DNA from: a bacterium
Lineage (GTDB): Bacteria; RBG-13-61-14; DATKZS01
Direction of reading: 5' to 3'
Assembly: GCA_046484135.1 (NCBI GenBank)
Contig: JAWOBU010000113.1
Coordinates: forward strand, 1 to 40,227
Length of the DNA stretch: 40,227 bases
Both the position numbers and the translations under genes were made by a program. Below are positions 1 to 9,513 of this stretch, piece after piece; the first letter of the stretch is position 1, and every line of letters begins with the position of its first letter. Below the pieces are notes generated by a model. The model was not told where the DNA came from. It searched no databases and worked only from the letters and a program-made list of their open reading frames with translations.

Positions 1-4
1 GATA

Positions 5-48
5 GCCCACACAACTTGTTGTGTGGGCAGACTCACGAAGTGGGTCTG
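5..48. repeat. Two abutting hairpins; the first is a copy of palindromic repeat family B (CCCACACAAC-NN-GTTGTGTGGG)
   Basis: GCCCACACAAC(5-15)-TT-GTTGTGTGGGC(18-28) is a perfect inverted repeat. CAGACTCAC-GAA-GTGGGTCTG (28-48) is a second hairpin with one G-T pair. Confidence 0.75.
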
Positions 49-170
49 CAGGTACATTGTAAAAGAGGCTCCTGATGAAAATCTGTGGATGAAGTAGACT
101 TCTCAGTAACCAAATATCTTGACAACATGAGCTTTCAACAAGTCGGGGGACCAAACCCCCGGCCCCCCAG

Positions 171-406
171 GGATTTTGGAGGCATGGCTCCGGTGGCCCA
201 TTAGTATTGACATTGTTACTTATGATTATAAAGGCTGTTTTGCGTTTTCCGCATTCTCGGCTGCCGGCGGGGAGAGGCCGGGCCACTTTTCCCTATTCCC
301 GCTGGAAGCCCTGAAAGCGATAAACGCATCTTTTTCTGCCCACCCCCACTAAAATACGTAGAACCTTTACTGCTATGGGCCACCGGAGTAATGCCTGACA
401 AAATCC
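171..406. repeat. Imperfect ~31-bp inverted repeats enclosing ~170 bp (MITE-like element, IS-end remnant or structured RNA)
   Basis: 171-201 GGATTTTGGAGGCATGGCTCCGGTGGCCCAT matches the reverse complement of 375-406, GGATTTTGTCAGGCATTACTCCGGTGGCCCAT. The 14-bp core is perfect (188-201 / 375-388). A GC hairpin lies at 142-163. Confidence 0.6.
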
Positions 407-536
407 AAGGATGCAGGGAGGCAACAGCTTATATTCCACCCACAGATTCTTGCGCCCCCCGTAAAAGATGTTTGCCGCGTCCCTCCGCCATCAAACCATC
501 CGGCCTTCTTCGTGTACTTTACCACCCGAAGCGGGT

Positions 537-583
537 TCTCCCATGATCTTCAATCACCCACACAACAAGTTGTGTGGGCCATC
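537..583. repeat. Repeat family B copy (47 bp, contains the CCCACACAAC-AA-GTTGTGTGGG palindrome)
   Basis: TCTCCCATGATCTTCAATCACCCACACAACAAGTTGTGTGGGCCATC is identical to 38765-38807 except for a 4-bp indel. Its core is the reverse complement of the hairpin at 5-28. Confidence 0.8.
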
Positions 584-593
584 GTCCGGGAGT

Positions 594-678
594 TGTGCGG
601 GCCGGCTTGCGGGGGGGTGTGTAATCGCGACTAAAGTCGCTCGCACAGCGCAGATGGGGGTGTGCGGGCCGGCTTGCG
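594..678 (+). repeat. 18-bp direct repeats flanking a family A REP-like half site
   Basis: TGTGCGGGCCGGCTTGCG occurs at 594-611 and 661-678. TCGCGACTAAAGTCGCTCGCACA at 625-647 is identical to 32841-32863. Confidence 0.8.
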
Positions 679-838
679 AAAGGGAGTCATGGCCTACACC
701 ACAGTCCGCAACTCATGCACGTCCCGGAAGCTTGTGCGTTTTTCCATTTTCACTTTGGCCCCGACGCATCTATGCGTTTTCAAAGAGGACGAGAAAGTTA
801 AACGAGAAATTTTGGGGGAACTCCACTATACTCGGGGT

Positions 839-866
839 TTCACACCGCTTCCAACCAACGTATAAT
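839..866 (+). promoter_or_regulatory. Putative sigma70 promoter of the DUF3786 gene
   Basis: TTCACA-N16-TATAAT ends about 30 bp before the ATG at 896, which is preceded by a GAGGGAG SD-like site. Confidence 0.45.
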
Positions 867-895
867 CATGGGAAGAAGAACCGAGGGAGACGATC

Positions 896-1528
896 ATGAA
901 CGAGAAATCCGATTATTCCCTTCCCCGTCAGACCAACCTGGAGACATCGCTGGAAATGGCCCGGCAAAAGCTAGCCGGCCTGGACTTCCACCGGCAGTGC
1001 CAAAAAGCCGGCCTGGAGCCTTCCGGGAGTGGAGCAGAGGCGCCGTTCATAAACCGGCTCTTCCGGATAGAAAAGAAGACCCTGGAAGTCCTTCCCGCGG
1101 ACCAGGGACCGGAACCCCAAATGCAGGAGAAGATCATCATACTCCATTACCTGGCCACCGCCACCGGAGCGCCGCGCTCGGACCGGCTTATCACCTATAA
1201 GCAGGTCCCGGACGGGGCCTCCTATTACCAGGTGTTTTTGAAAAGGACCTCCGGCATCCTCCTGTCCGTGTTCAAGGGAAGGTTTGCCGAGCTCATGGAA
1301 GCGGCCCGGAAGCTGGGAGCAGAAGAAGAGGAGGGCCACGGAGACAAGGCTTTCCGCGTAAAGGCCCTCCCGAGGGTCGAGTACCTGTTCGTGCTCTATG
1401 AAGAAGATGAGGAGTTTGAAGCCGACATCAAGGTCTTCTTCGATTCCTCGGTCGTGGAGTACCTTCCCGCCGAGGACATAACCGTGCTTTGCCAGATGAC
1501 CTGCCTCAAGATCGTGAAAGGACAATGA
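896..1528 (+). CDS. DUF3786-domain protein
   Basis: 210 aa. The segments 'IIILHYLATA', 'LITYKQVPDGASYYQVFLKR', 'ALPRV..LFVLYEEDEEFEA.IKVFFDSS...YLPAEDI' match the pattern I recognise for DUF3786. Confidence 0.8.
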   Translation: MNEKSDYSLPRQTNLETSLEMARQKLAGLDFHRQCQKAGLEPSGSGAEAPFINRLFRIEKKTLEVLPADQGPEPQMQEKIIILHYLATATGAPRSDRLITYKQVPDGASYYQVFLKRTSGILLSVFKGRFAELMEAARKLGAEEEEGHGDKAFRVKALPRVEYLFVLYEEDEEFEADIKVFFDSSVVEYLPAEDITVLCQMTCLKIVKGQ

Positions 1529-1542
1529 CGAAATCCTCTCAT

Positions 1543-1571
1543 TTGACGAGACTTAAAAGGGCTGGTAACTT
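1543..1571 (+). promoter_or_regulatory. Putative sigma70 promoter of sdhCAB
   Basis: TTGACG-N17-TAACTT with a TG extended -10 element, in the intergenic gap before sdhC. Confidence 0.45.
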
Positions 1572-1618
1572 ATTTCCTTGATCCGGATGTGGAACAGCTT
1601 GCCAGTGCGGAGGATTTA

Positions 1619-2269
1619 ATGGAGTGGCTCGGCCGATTTATTTTTTCCTCCATCGGAAAGAAACAATTGATGGCCCTGACCGGCCTTCTATTCTGCTTGT
1701 TCGTGGCCGTCCATCTTCTCGGGAACCTCACCATGTACGCGGGCGCCGAGAGCTTTTCCGCCTATGCCGAAGGTTTGCACTCGCTGGGTCTGGTTATAAC
1801 CGCGGCCGAGCTTCTGCTTCTTTTTTTCGCCGCGGTCCACGTTATCACCGCGGCGGTGCTGGTCTACCAGAATTTGAGCGCCCGCGGCTCCCGCTACAAG
1901 GTCAACAAAAGCGCAGGCGGCCGTACCTGGAGCTCGCGGCTCATGCCCTGGACAGGAGCATATCTTATCGGCTTTATAACCGTCCACCTCATGAACTTCC
2001 ACTTTATTGACCGGGAACAGACCGAGATCGCAGACGTGGTCGTAAACGTCTTCAGCAGTCCCGCTTATATCATTTTCTACGTGGCTTCCATGATAGTGGT
2101 GGCCCTGCACGTCCGGCACGGCTTCTGGAGCGCCTTTCAGACCGTGGGCGCAAACCATCCGAATTACATGCCGGCCATCCAGGCCCTGAGCGTGCTGTTC
2201 GCGCTGGCGGTGGCGCTCGGCTTCGGCTCGATACCGTTCTATGTCTACTTCGACGGGCTGGGAGGATAA
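1619..2269 (+). CDS. sdhC: Succinate dehydrogenase/fumarate reductase cytochrome b subunit (b558 type, ~5 TM)
   Basis: '[14 protein letters not shown]...HLLGN', several heme-ligand-like His residues, '[14 protein letters not shown]'. The ATG at 1619 has a GGAGGA SD (the ORF track starts at an upstream GTG, 1589). It precedes sdhA. Confidence 0.9.
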   Translation: MEWLGRFIFSSIGKKQLMALTGLLFCLFVAVHLLGNLTMYAGAESFSAYAEGLHSLGLVITAAELLLLFFAAVHVITAAVLVYQNLSARGSRYKVNKSAGGRTWSSRLMPWTGAYLIGFITVHLMNFHFIDREQTEIADVVVNVFSSPAYIIFYVASMIVVALHVRHGFWSAFQTVGANHPNYMPAIQALSVLFALAVALGFGSIPFYVYFDGLGG

Positions 2270-2270
2270 A

Positions 2271-4184
2271 ATGAAGCTTGACGACAAGGTGCCGGCCGGA
2301 GAGATCGCCCAGAAGTGGGACCGGCACCAGTACGAGTTGAAGCTTATAAACCCTGCCAATAAAAGGAAGTTCGACATCATCGTGGTGGGCACCGGCCTGG
2401 GAGGGGCTTCCGCGGCCGCGTCCTTGGCCGAGCTCGGCTACAACGTCAAGGTGTTCTGCATCCAGGACAGCCCCCGTCGCGCCCATTCCATAGCCGCCCA
2501 GGGAGGAATAAACGCGGCCAAGAACTACGCCAACGACGGAGACAGCATCCGCCGGCTTTTTTACGACACCGTCAAGGGAGGCGACTTCCGCTCCCGGGAG
2601 GCCAACGTGTTCCGGCTGGCCCAGCTTTCCAACAACATCATAGACCAGTGCGTGGCCCAGGGAGTGCCTTTCGCCCGCGAGTACGGCGGGCTTCTGACCA
2701 CCCGCTCGTTCGGCGGCGCCCAGGTTTCCCGGTCCTTTTACGCCAAGGGACAGACCGGCCAGCAGTTACTGGTGGGAGCCTATGGCGCTCTGTCCCGTCA
2801 GGTCGCGGCAGGCAAGGTAAAGCTTTTTACCAGGCGGGAGATGCTTGACCTGGTTGTTATAAACGGCAAGGCACGCGGCATCGTTACGCGCAACCTGGTA
2901 AACGGCGAGATAGAGTCCCACGACGCCCACGCAGTGGTACTCGCCACCGGCGGGTACTCGAACGTATACTTTTTGTCCACCAACGCCATGTCGTCCAATG
3001 TCTCCGCCATCTGGCGGGCTTACCAGAAGGGCGCGTTTTTCGCCAATCCGTGCTTCAGCCAGATACATCCCACCTGTATACCGGTGCACGGCGACTACCA
3101 GTCCAAGCTGACCCTGATGAGCGAGAGCATGCGCAACGACGGCAGGGTGTGGGTCCCCCAGAAAGCGGGCGACACCCGCTCTCCCAAAGACATTCCTCCT
3201 GAAGACAGGGACTACTACCTGGAAAGAAAGTACCCGAGCTTCGGAAACCTGGTCCCCCGCGACGTGGCCTCCCGTGCCGCCAAGGAGCAGTGCGACTCCG
3301 GCAAAGGAGTGGGAGAAACCGGCAGGGCAGTCTACTTGGACCTCCGCGACGCCGTCTCCCGCGACGGCAAAGAGGCCATCGAAAGAAAGTACGGGAACCT
3401 CTTTCAGATGTACGAGAAGATAACCGGAGAGAGCCCTTACGAGGTCCCCATGATGATCTTTCCCGCGCCCCACTACACCATGGGAGGGCTGTGGGTGGAC
3501 TATAACCTCATGAGCACCGTGCCCGGCCTGTTCGTGATCGGCGAAGCCAACTTCTCCGACCACGGGGCCAACCGGCTGGGCGCGAGCGCGCTCATGCAGG
3601 GGCTGGCGGACGGATACTTCATCCTGCCTTACACCATGGGCGGCTACCTTGCGGGCGAGAAGATCGAGGACGTAACCACTGACGAGCCGGCCTTCCGCGA
3701 AGCAAGGACGTGGTCTCACGAACGAACGAAAAGACTTCTGGCCGCGGACGGGAGAAGAACGCCGGACGACTTTCACAAGGAGCTCGGACACGCTATGTGG
3801 GAGTACTGCGGCATGGCCCGCCAAGACGAAAGCATGAAAGAGGCCCGGCGGAAAGTGGCGGAGCTCAAGGAAGAGTTCTGGAAGAACGTCAAGGTGGCGG
3901 GAAAGGCCGAGGATTTCAACCAGTCCCTGGAAAAGGCCGGTCGGGTGGCTGACTTTATCGAGTTCGCGGACCTCATGCTCACGGACGCCCTGGACCGGAG
4001 GGAGTCGTGCGGATGCCACTTTAACGTGGCCTATGAAACCGAGGACGGCGAAGCAAAACGCGATGATAAAAACTATGCCTACGTGGCGGCATGGGAGTAT
4101 CAAGGAGAAGAGAACGCTCCCGAGCTTCACAAGGAGGAGCTCGAGTTCGAGACCGTCGAGCTTACGCAGAGGAGTTACAAGTGA
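2271..4184 (+). CDS. sdhA: Succinate dehydrogenase/fumarate reductase flavoprotein subunit
   Basis: GxGxxG FAD loop (VVGTGLGG), covalent-FAD His motif '[14 protein letters not shown]', 'QIHPT', 'HYTMGG', '[11 protein letters not shown]', 'RRESCGCH'. SD GGAGG before the ATG at 2271. Confidence 0.95.
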   Translation: MKLDDKVPAGEIAQKWDRHQYELKLINPANKRKFDIIVVGTGLGGASAAASLAELGYNVKVFCIQDSPRRAHSIAAQGGINAAKNYANDGDSIRRLFYDTVKGGDFRSREANVFRLAQLSNNIIDQCVAQGVPFAREYGGLLTTRSFGGAQVSRSFYAKGQTGQQLLVGAYGALSRQVAAGKVKLFTRREMLDLVVINGKARGIVTRNLVNGEIESHDAHAVVLATGGYSNVYFLSTNAMSSNVSAIWRAYQKGAFFANPCFSQIHPTCIPVHGDYQSKLTLMSESMRNDGRVWVPQKAGDTRSPKDIPPEDRDYYLERKYPSFGNLVPRDVASRAAKEQCDSGKGVGETGRAVYLDLRDAVSRDGKEAIERKYGNLFQMYEKITGESPYEVPMMIFPAPHYTMGGLWVDYNLMSTVPGLFVIGEANFSDHGANRLGASALMQGLADGYFILPYTMGGYLAGEKIEDVTTDEPAFREARTWSHERTKRLLAADGRRTPDDFHKELGHAMWEYCGMARQDESMKEARRKVAELKEEFWKNVKVAGKAEDFNQSLEKAGRVADFIEFADLMLTDALDRRESCGCHFNVAYETEDGEAKRDDKNYAYVAAWEYQGEENAPELHKEELEFETVELTQRSYK

Positions 4185-4942
4185 AGACCATCAGCCTTAC
4201 CCTGAAAATCTGGCGCCAGTCCGGTCCGGGGGACAAGGGAAGGTTCGAGACGCACCGGCTGGAGGACATTTCCACTGACATGTCCTTTCTCGAGATGCTG
4301 GACATCCTGAACGAAAGGCTCACGCTCGAGAACAAGGAGCCGGTGGCTTTTGACCACGATTGCCGCGAAGGCATCTGCGGTATGTGCGGGGCAGTAGTGA
4401 ACGGCCGCGCCCACGGACCGCTCGAGGGGACCACCCTGTGCCAGCTTCACATGCGGCACTTCCGGGACGGAGAGACAGTGGTCATCGAGCCTTTCCGCGC
4501 CCGGCCCCTTACTCCGGTAAAGGACCTGGTGGTTGACAGGAGCGCGTTCGACGTGATCATCCAGGCCGGAGGATACGTATCAGTGGGCACGGGCGGAGTG
4601 CCGGACGCGAACACTGTGCCGGTTTCCACCGAGGAGGCGGAGCTTGCGTTTGCCGCGGCCAATTGCGTGGGCTGCGGCGCTTGTGTTGCGTCCTGCCCAA
4701 ACGCCTCGGCCATGCTGTTCGTGGGGGCCAAGGTCTCGCACCTGTCGTTGCTTCCGCAGGGCCGGCCGGAGGCTGCGGAGCGCGCCATTGCCATGGTAAG
4801 AAAGATGGACGAGCAGGGGTTCGGCAACTGCACCAACTTCCGGGAGTGCGAGGCGGTGTGCCCCAAGGAGATTTCCATCGTGAACATCGCCCGATTAAAC
4901 CGCGAGTACGTAAAGGCCGCACTTTTTGCCGGGACGAGGTAG
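4181..4942 (+). CDS. sdhB: Succinate dehydrogenase/fumarate reductase iron-sulfur subunit
   Basis: '[10 protein letters not shown]' [2Fe-2S] motif plus '[11 protein letters not shown]' and '[12 protein letters not shown]' clusters. The GTG at 4181 overlaps the sdhA TGA (GTGA). Confidence 0.95.
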   Translation: MKTISLTLKIWRQSGPGDKGRFETHRLEDISTDMSFLEMLDILNERLTLENKEPVAFDHDCREGICGMCGAVVNGRAHGPLEGTTLCQLHMRHFRDGETVVIEPFRARPLTPVKDLVVDRSAFDVIIQAGGYVSVGTGGVPDANTVPVSTEEAELAFAAANCVGCGACVASCPNASAMLFVGAKVSHLSLLPQGRPEAAERAIAMVRKMDEQGFGNCTNFRECEAVCPKEISIVNIARLNREYVKAALFAGTR

Positions 4943-4952
4943 GAGAAAACAG

Positions 4953-5639
4953 ATGACGGAGTTTCTGGTGGGGTATCATATCCGGGACCGGAGCCAGGAG
5001 GAGGTCGGCGCAGCTATCAGGTTTGCGCGCTTTACACCTGCATGGGTCTCTCCTTGCCACGGTCCTTGGATTTCCGTGTTCCCGGAGCCGGCGGAGACCA
5101 TGGACATGGAAGTGTTAAACCGGATCGGGACACTTCTTTCGCGGACCCTGAAGACTTACGTGTGGAGCGCTCTGCTGAACGACAGCCGCTCTCTTCTTTA
5201 CACGGTGTACGAGAAGGGGGAGGTCAAGGCGGAGTATGACTCGTTTCCCGAGCTTTACGGGTCCAAGTCCAGGTCTTACCGGAGGCTTACCGACGGCAAG
5301 CCCGGTTTGATGGTGGACCTTTGTCCTGCTGCCGTGCCCCTGGAAACCATGGAGGAGGTGCTTTTTCGAAAGCCGCTGGCGGAGGCAGTAAGCGAGGTTG
5401 CGCTCGAGGAGAAGGTAGATTGCGAGGAGGAGCTCATGAGCTTGATGCCGGAGGAGTACGTTCATGAGCGGATCATGGAGAAACGAGGATATGCCACGGA
5501 AAAGATACGACTTGCCGAGCTGGCCCGGCTTCTGGGGGTGTCCTATGCGCTCCATACCTATTCCGAGCTTTCCGAAAAGATGAAGAAGGGCCCGTCCGAC
5601 CTCGCGGGGGCAGACGAGTTCATGCAGGTAAACCGCTGA
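4953..5639 (+). CDS. Hypothetical protein (228 aa)
   Basis: AGGAG SD and an ATG 10 nt after the sdhB stop. Protein-like composition, fills the gap to hflK. No recognised motif. Confidence 0.65.
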   Translation: MTEFLVGYHIRDRSQEEVGAAIRFARFTPAWVSPCHGPWISVFPEPAETMDMEVLNRIGTLLSRTLKTYVWSALLNDSRSLLYTVYEKGEVKAEYDSFPELYGSKSRSYRRLTDGKPGLMVDLCPAAVPLETMEEVLFRKPLAEAVSEVALEEKVDCEEELMSLMPEEYVHERIMEKRGYATEKIRLAELARLLGVSYALHTYSELSEKMKKGPSDLAGADEFMQVNR

Positions 5640-5706
5640 CGTCCTGTCAAGTGTTTTTGTCGCTTCTGATACGATAAATGTAAACAAGCCAAGAAAGGAG
5701 AGAACC

Positions 5707-6693
5707 ATGTCGAGTGGAGACTTCACCAAGGAGGACTTAAAGAAGCTTTTGGAACCCAAAAAGATTATCATGGCGGTGATCGCCGTCATTATTATATTTG
5801 TGCTGGTCTCGGCCAGGCAGATAGTGTACACGATTCAGCCGGAGGAGCAGGGGATTGTGCTTCGTTTTGGAAAGTATGACCGCACGGCTGGGCCGGGTCT
5901 TCATTTCAAGCTGCCCTGGGGCATAGAGAACGCCTACATCCTGCCGGTGGAGAGGCAGCTCAAGCAGGAGTTCGGGTTCCGTACGGCCAAGTCGGACGTG
6001 CGCAGTCAGCGCCGCCACAAAGGGTATGAAAATGAGTCTCGAATGCTGACCGGAGACTTGAACTCGGCCAAGGTGGAATGGATCGTTCAGTACCGGATCA
6101 CGGACCCGCTTAAGTACCTTTTTAACGTCCGCTCGGTCGAGGACACCTTCCGGGACATGTCGGAGGCTGTCATGCGGCAGATCGTGGGGGACCGGAGCGT
6201 GGACGAGGTCATCACCTGGGGCAAGGCGGAGATCAACAAGGAGGCCAAGGAGAAGCTCCAGGAGCTGGCGGAGGAGTACGAAACCGGTCTTGCCGTCCAC
6301 GTGGTGCTTTTACAGAACGTGAATGCGCCCGAGCCGGTGCAACCCTCCTGGAACGAGGTCAACGAGGCTGAGCAGCAAAGGGACAAGCTAGTAAACGAAG
6401 CCAAGGGCGAATACAACAAGCGGGTCCCCCGGGCCAAAGGCGCCGCTGACCGCATGATCAAGAAGGCGGAGGGATACGCCATCAAGCGGGTAAACGAGGC
6501 CGAGGGAAACGCTGAGAAGTTCACCAGTATTTATAATGAGTACCGGCTTGCTCCGCAGGTGACCAAGCGCAGGTACTACCTGGAGACCATGGCGGACATC
6601 ATCCCCAAGGCCGGCCGGAAGATCATAGTGGACGACAAGGACAGCGGTGTGCTTAAGCTCCTTAACCTGGAGGGCAAGGGGGTGCAAAAATGA
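5707..6693 (+). CDS. hflK: FtsH protease modulator HflK (SPFH domain)
   Basis: N-terminal TM, 'EQGIVLRFGK...PGLHFKLPWGIE', 'MLTGDLN..VEWIVQYRI.DP..YLF', 'APQVTKRRYYLETM'. Overlaps hflC. Confidence 0.92.
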   Translation: MSSGDFTKEDLKKLLEPKKIIMAVIAVIIIFVLVSARQIVYTIQPEEQGIVLRFGKYDRTAGPGLHFKLPWGIENAYILPVERQLKQEFGFRTAKSDVRSQRRHKGYENESRMLTGDLNSAKVEWIVQYRITDPLKYLFNVRSVEDTFRDMSEAVMRQIVGDRSVDEVITWGKAEINKEAKEKLQELAEEYETGLAVHVVLLQNVNAPEPVQPSWNEVNEAEQQRDKLVNEAKGEYNKRVPRAKGAADRMIKKAEGYAIKRVNEAEGNAEKFTSIYNEYRLAPQVTKRRYYLETMADIIPKAGRKIIVDDKDSGVLKLLNLEGKGVQK

Positions 6694-7640
6694 AGACCTC
6701 GGTCAAGGCGGCCATAGTCATCATAGCGCTGGTACTCATCGGGGGCCTGTCCACCCTGTTGAGCGGGCTTTACATCGTGCCCATGCACGAGCAGGTGATC
6801 GTGACCCAGTTCGGGAAACCGATCGGGGACGCCATCACCGAGCCGGGCCTGAAATGGAAGGTCCCTTTTATCCAGAAGGCCAACCATTTTGATAAAAGGT
6901 GGCTGGAATGGGACGGAGAGAGAAACCAGGTGCCTACCATGGACAAGAAGTACATCTGGATAGACACCTATGCAAGATGGAGGATCGCCGATCCTCTTCA
7001 GTTCTTCAAACGGGTCCGCAACGAAGCGGGTGCTCAAAGCCGGCTGGACGACATCCTGGACGGCGAGACACGTATCGCCATCGCCAACTATGAGCTTATC
7101 GAAGTGGTGCGAAGCACGAACCGCAAGTTTGAGATTCCCGAAGACATGACCAAGCTGGAAGAGATAGTGGTGGATGCTCCTCCTATCGAGCATGGCCGGT
7201 TGGAAATAATGAAGGGTATTCTGAAAAATGCCAGGGAGCAGGCCAAGGAGTACGGGATCGAGCTCGTGGACCTCCGGATTAAAAGGCTCAACTATATTTC
7301 CAGCGTGCGGGAAAAGGTGTATGAGAGGATGATCTCCGAGAGAAAAAGGATAGCCGAAAAGTACCGCTCCGAGGGCCACTCCGAGTCGGAGAGGATTCTC
7401 GGAGGAATGGAAAAAGAGCTGAACAGGATAGATTCAGAGGCCGTCCGGGACTCCCAGAAGATACGCGGCAAGGCCGACGCCAAAGCAACCAAAATTTACG
7501 CCGAAGCCTACAACCGCTCGCCGGAGTTTTACGCGTTCTGGAAAACCATGGATACCTATGAAAAAACCATGGACAAGAGTTCGTGGCTGGTCCTCACCAC
7601 CGACGGAGAGTTCTACAAGTACATGAAAAAGCTAGAGTGA
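6690..7640 (+). CDS. hflC: FtsH protease modulator HflC (SPFH domain)
   Basis: 'QVIVTQFGKP...EPGLKWKVPFIQ', 'WRIADPLQFF', 'VYERMISERKRIAEKYRSEG', 'AYNRSPEFYAFWKTM'. ATGA overlap with hflK. Confidence 0.92.
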   Translation: MKTSVKAAIVIIALVLIGGLSTLLSGLYIVPMHEQVIVTQFGKPIGDAITEPGLKWKVPFIQKANHFDKRWLEWDGERNQVPTMDKKYIWIDTYARWRIADPLQFFKRVRNEAGAQSRLDDILDGETRIAIANYELIEVVRSTNRKFEIPEDMTKLEEIVVDAPPIEHGRLEIMKGILKNAREQAKEYGIELVDLRIKRLNYISSVREKVYERMISERKRIAEKYRSEGHSESERILGGMEKELNRIDSEAVRDSQKIRGKADAKATKIYAEAYNRSPEFYAFWKTMDTYEKTMDKSSWLVLTTDGEFYKYMKKLE

Positions 7641-7669
7641 GAAGCCACCTGCCCGGAAACGATTTTGAA

Positions 7670-7704
7670 GCGGGCGGCGTTAAGTTGCGACTTTCGCCGC
7701 TCGC
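7670..7704. terminator. GC-rich stem-loop downstream of hflC (possible terminator)
   Basis: GCGGGCGGCG(7670-7679) pairs with CGCCGCTCGC(7695-7704) with one G-T pair, and there is an inner AAGT/ACTT pairing. The U-tract is weak. Confidence 0.35.
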
Positions 7705-7754
7705 TCTTCATTCTCGGGAAGCGGCGCCGTTGACATTAAAAGGACAGCGTTTTT

Positions 7755-9335
7755 ATGACGGAGGACAAGTACGTACTGGCGGTGGACCACGGGACCTCGG
7801 GAGTCAAGACCGCACTCATGAGCGTTCGCGGCCGGCTTCTCGACTTCGAGTATGAAAAGATCGAAACCGTTTTTATTCCTCCGGGCGGCGCTGAGCAGGA
7901 CCCGGAGGACTGGTGGAGGGCACTTCTCAACACCTGCCGCAAGCTGGTGGAAAAGAGACTGGTGCCGGCCCCCGACATAGCGGCGGTATGTTGTTCGTCA
8001 ACTTTTTCATCAACGGTGGCGGTGGACGAAAACGGCAATCATCTTGACAACTCCCTTACCTGGATGGACTCCCGCGGCGCGCCTCATATAAAGCGACTGG
8101 TCAAAGGCTTTCCCTCCGTGGAAGGATACGGGCTCTTCAAGGTGCTCGAATGGATACGAAAGACCGGGGGAGGGCCCCAGCTCTCCGGCAAGGACGACAT
8201 CGCCCACGTTCTCTTCTGGAAACACGAGCGGCCCCATGTATATAACAAGGCCGAGACGTTCCTCTCCAGCAAGGACTACCTGAACTTCCGGCTTACCGGC
8301 AAGATTGCGGCAAGCTTTGACTCCATGACCCTGTTCTGGACCACCGACATCCGCGACCCGGACAACATGCGCTATGACCCGAGACTGGCAGACCGCATGG
8401 GAGTGGACCTTGCCAAGCTGCCGGAGATGAGGCCGTCCACCGAAGTGCTGGGCGAGCTGTTGCCGGAGGTCGCAAAAGAAATGGGCCTTTCCCCCGGCGT
8501 AAAGGTCGTGATAGGCTCGCCGGACCACCAGTCCGCGTGCATCGGCTCCGGCGCAGTCCAAGACTTCGAGGGACACATTTATATCGGGACCTCGTCGTGG
8601 ATCCAGTGTATAGTGCCTTTCAAGAAAACCGACATGTTCCACTCCATAGCGTCGCTTCCGACCTCCATTCCCCGCAAGTACTACTGCGCGAACGAGCAGG
8701 ACATAGCCGGTGGAGCCTTGTCGTTCCTGCTGGATACGGTGCTGTTTCCGGACAACGCGCTCAGGCCGGGCAAAGCTCCGGAAGACGCCTACCGGAAGCT
8801 CGACCAGGTCGCGGCGTCAGCACCGCCCGGCAGCAACCTGGTCGTCTTTACACCGTGGCTGAACGGCGAGCGGACTCCGGTGGACGACACCACGGTGCGG
8901 GCCGGTTTTCACAACCTGTCGGTTTCGACCCGGAGCGAAGATATGGTCCGGTCGGTGCTGGAGGGGGTGGCCCTGAACGGCAGGTGGGCGCTGAAGTACG
9001 TCGAGAGGTTCACGGGCAGAAGGATGGACCCGTTGAACATGGTGGGCGGCGGAGCGGTCTCTGACCTGTGGTGCCGTATCCACGCCGATGTCATGGACCG
9101 CACCGTACGAAAAGTAACACACCCCATGCAGGCCAACGCCCGCGGCGCCGCCTTCATAGCAGCAACAGGCCTCGGCTTCATCGGATTTCACGACGTGCCC
9201 GGCCTCGTCGAGTTCGAGAAAACCTTTGTACCTGACCAGCAAAACCGCAAGATATATGACCGGCTCTTCCGCGAGTTCCTCAACATCTATAAACATAACA
9301 AGTCCATCTATAAGCGGCTTAACCGCGTGTCTTAA
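7755..9335 (+). CDS. FGGY-family carbohydrate kinase (xylulokinase-like)
   Basis: 'LAVDHGTSGVK', 'AEQDPEDWW', 'WMDSRG', 'SKDYL', 'IGTS', 'PWLNGERTP', 'RSVLEGVA', 'GGGA' are FGGY motifs. The substrate cannot be determined. Confidence 0.88.
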   Translation: MTEDKYVLAVDHGTSGVKTALMSVRGRLLDFEYEKIETVFIPPGGAEQDPEDWWRALLNTCRKLVEKRLVPAPDIAAVCCSSTFSSTVAVDENGNHLDNSLTWMDSRGAPHIKRLVKGFPSVEGYGLFKVLEWIRKTGGGPQLSGKDDIAHVLFWKHERPHVYNKAETFLSSKDYLNFRLTGKIAASFDSMTLFWTTDIRDPDNMRYDPRLADRMGVDLAKLPEMRPSTEVLGELLPEVAKEMGLSPGVKVVIGSPDHQSACIGSGAVQDFEGHIYIGTSSWIQCIVPFKKTDMFHSIASLPTSIPRKYYCANEQDIAGGALSFLLDTVLFPDNALRPGKAPEDAYRKLDQVAASAPPGSNLVVFTPWLNGERTPVDDTTVRAGFHNLSVSTRSEDMVRSVLEGVALNGRWALKYVERFTGRRMDPLNMVGGGAVSDLWCRIHADVMDRTVRKVTHPMQANARGAAFIAATGLGFIGFHDVPGLVEFEKTFVPDQQNRKIYDRLFREFLNIYKHNKSIYKRLNRVS

Positions 9336-9513
9336 GTAGATCTCTCCATAAAACCTTCGAAATCTTCACTTGTTTTAAAGCCTTGTCCCGCTCAAGGGGT
9401 TGTCAAACGGCCATCCCGTACTTAGGTTTCAGCCATAAAGGAATTCCGGCTTTTTTAAAGTCTGGGTATTCACATCCAACACTCCGCGCTTGGCGGAGAG
9501 AAAGGAGGGAAAG

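Noticed and set aside
594..678. Repeat-spacer-repeat considered as a mini CRISPR
   Set aside because: Only two 18-bp units, too short, with no cas genes or leader. The spacer is itself a dispersed repeat.
216..899. Short ORFs 216-401(-), 468-899(+), 662-865(+)
   Set aside because: No recognisable domains or good SDs, and they run through palindromic repeats. Treated as non-coding.
7730..7760. TTGACA upstream of the FGGY kinase as a promoter
   Set aside because: A correctly spaced -10 would overlap the start codon and matches poorly.
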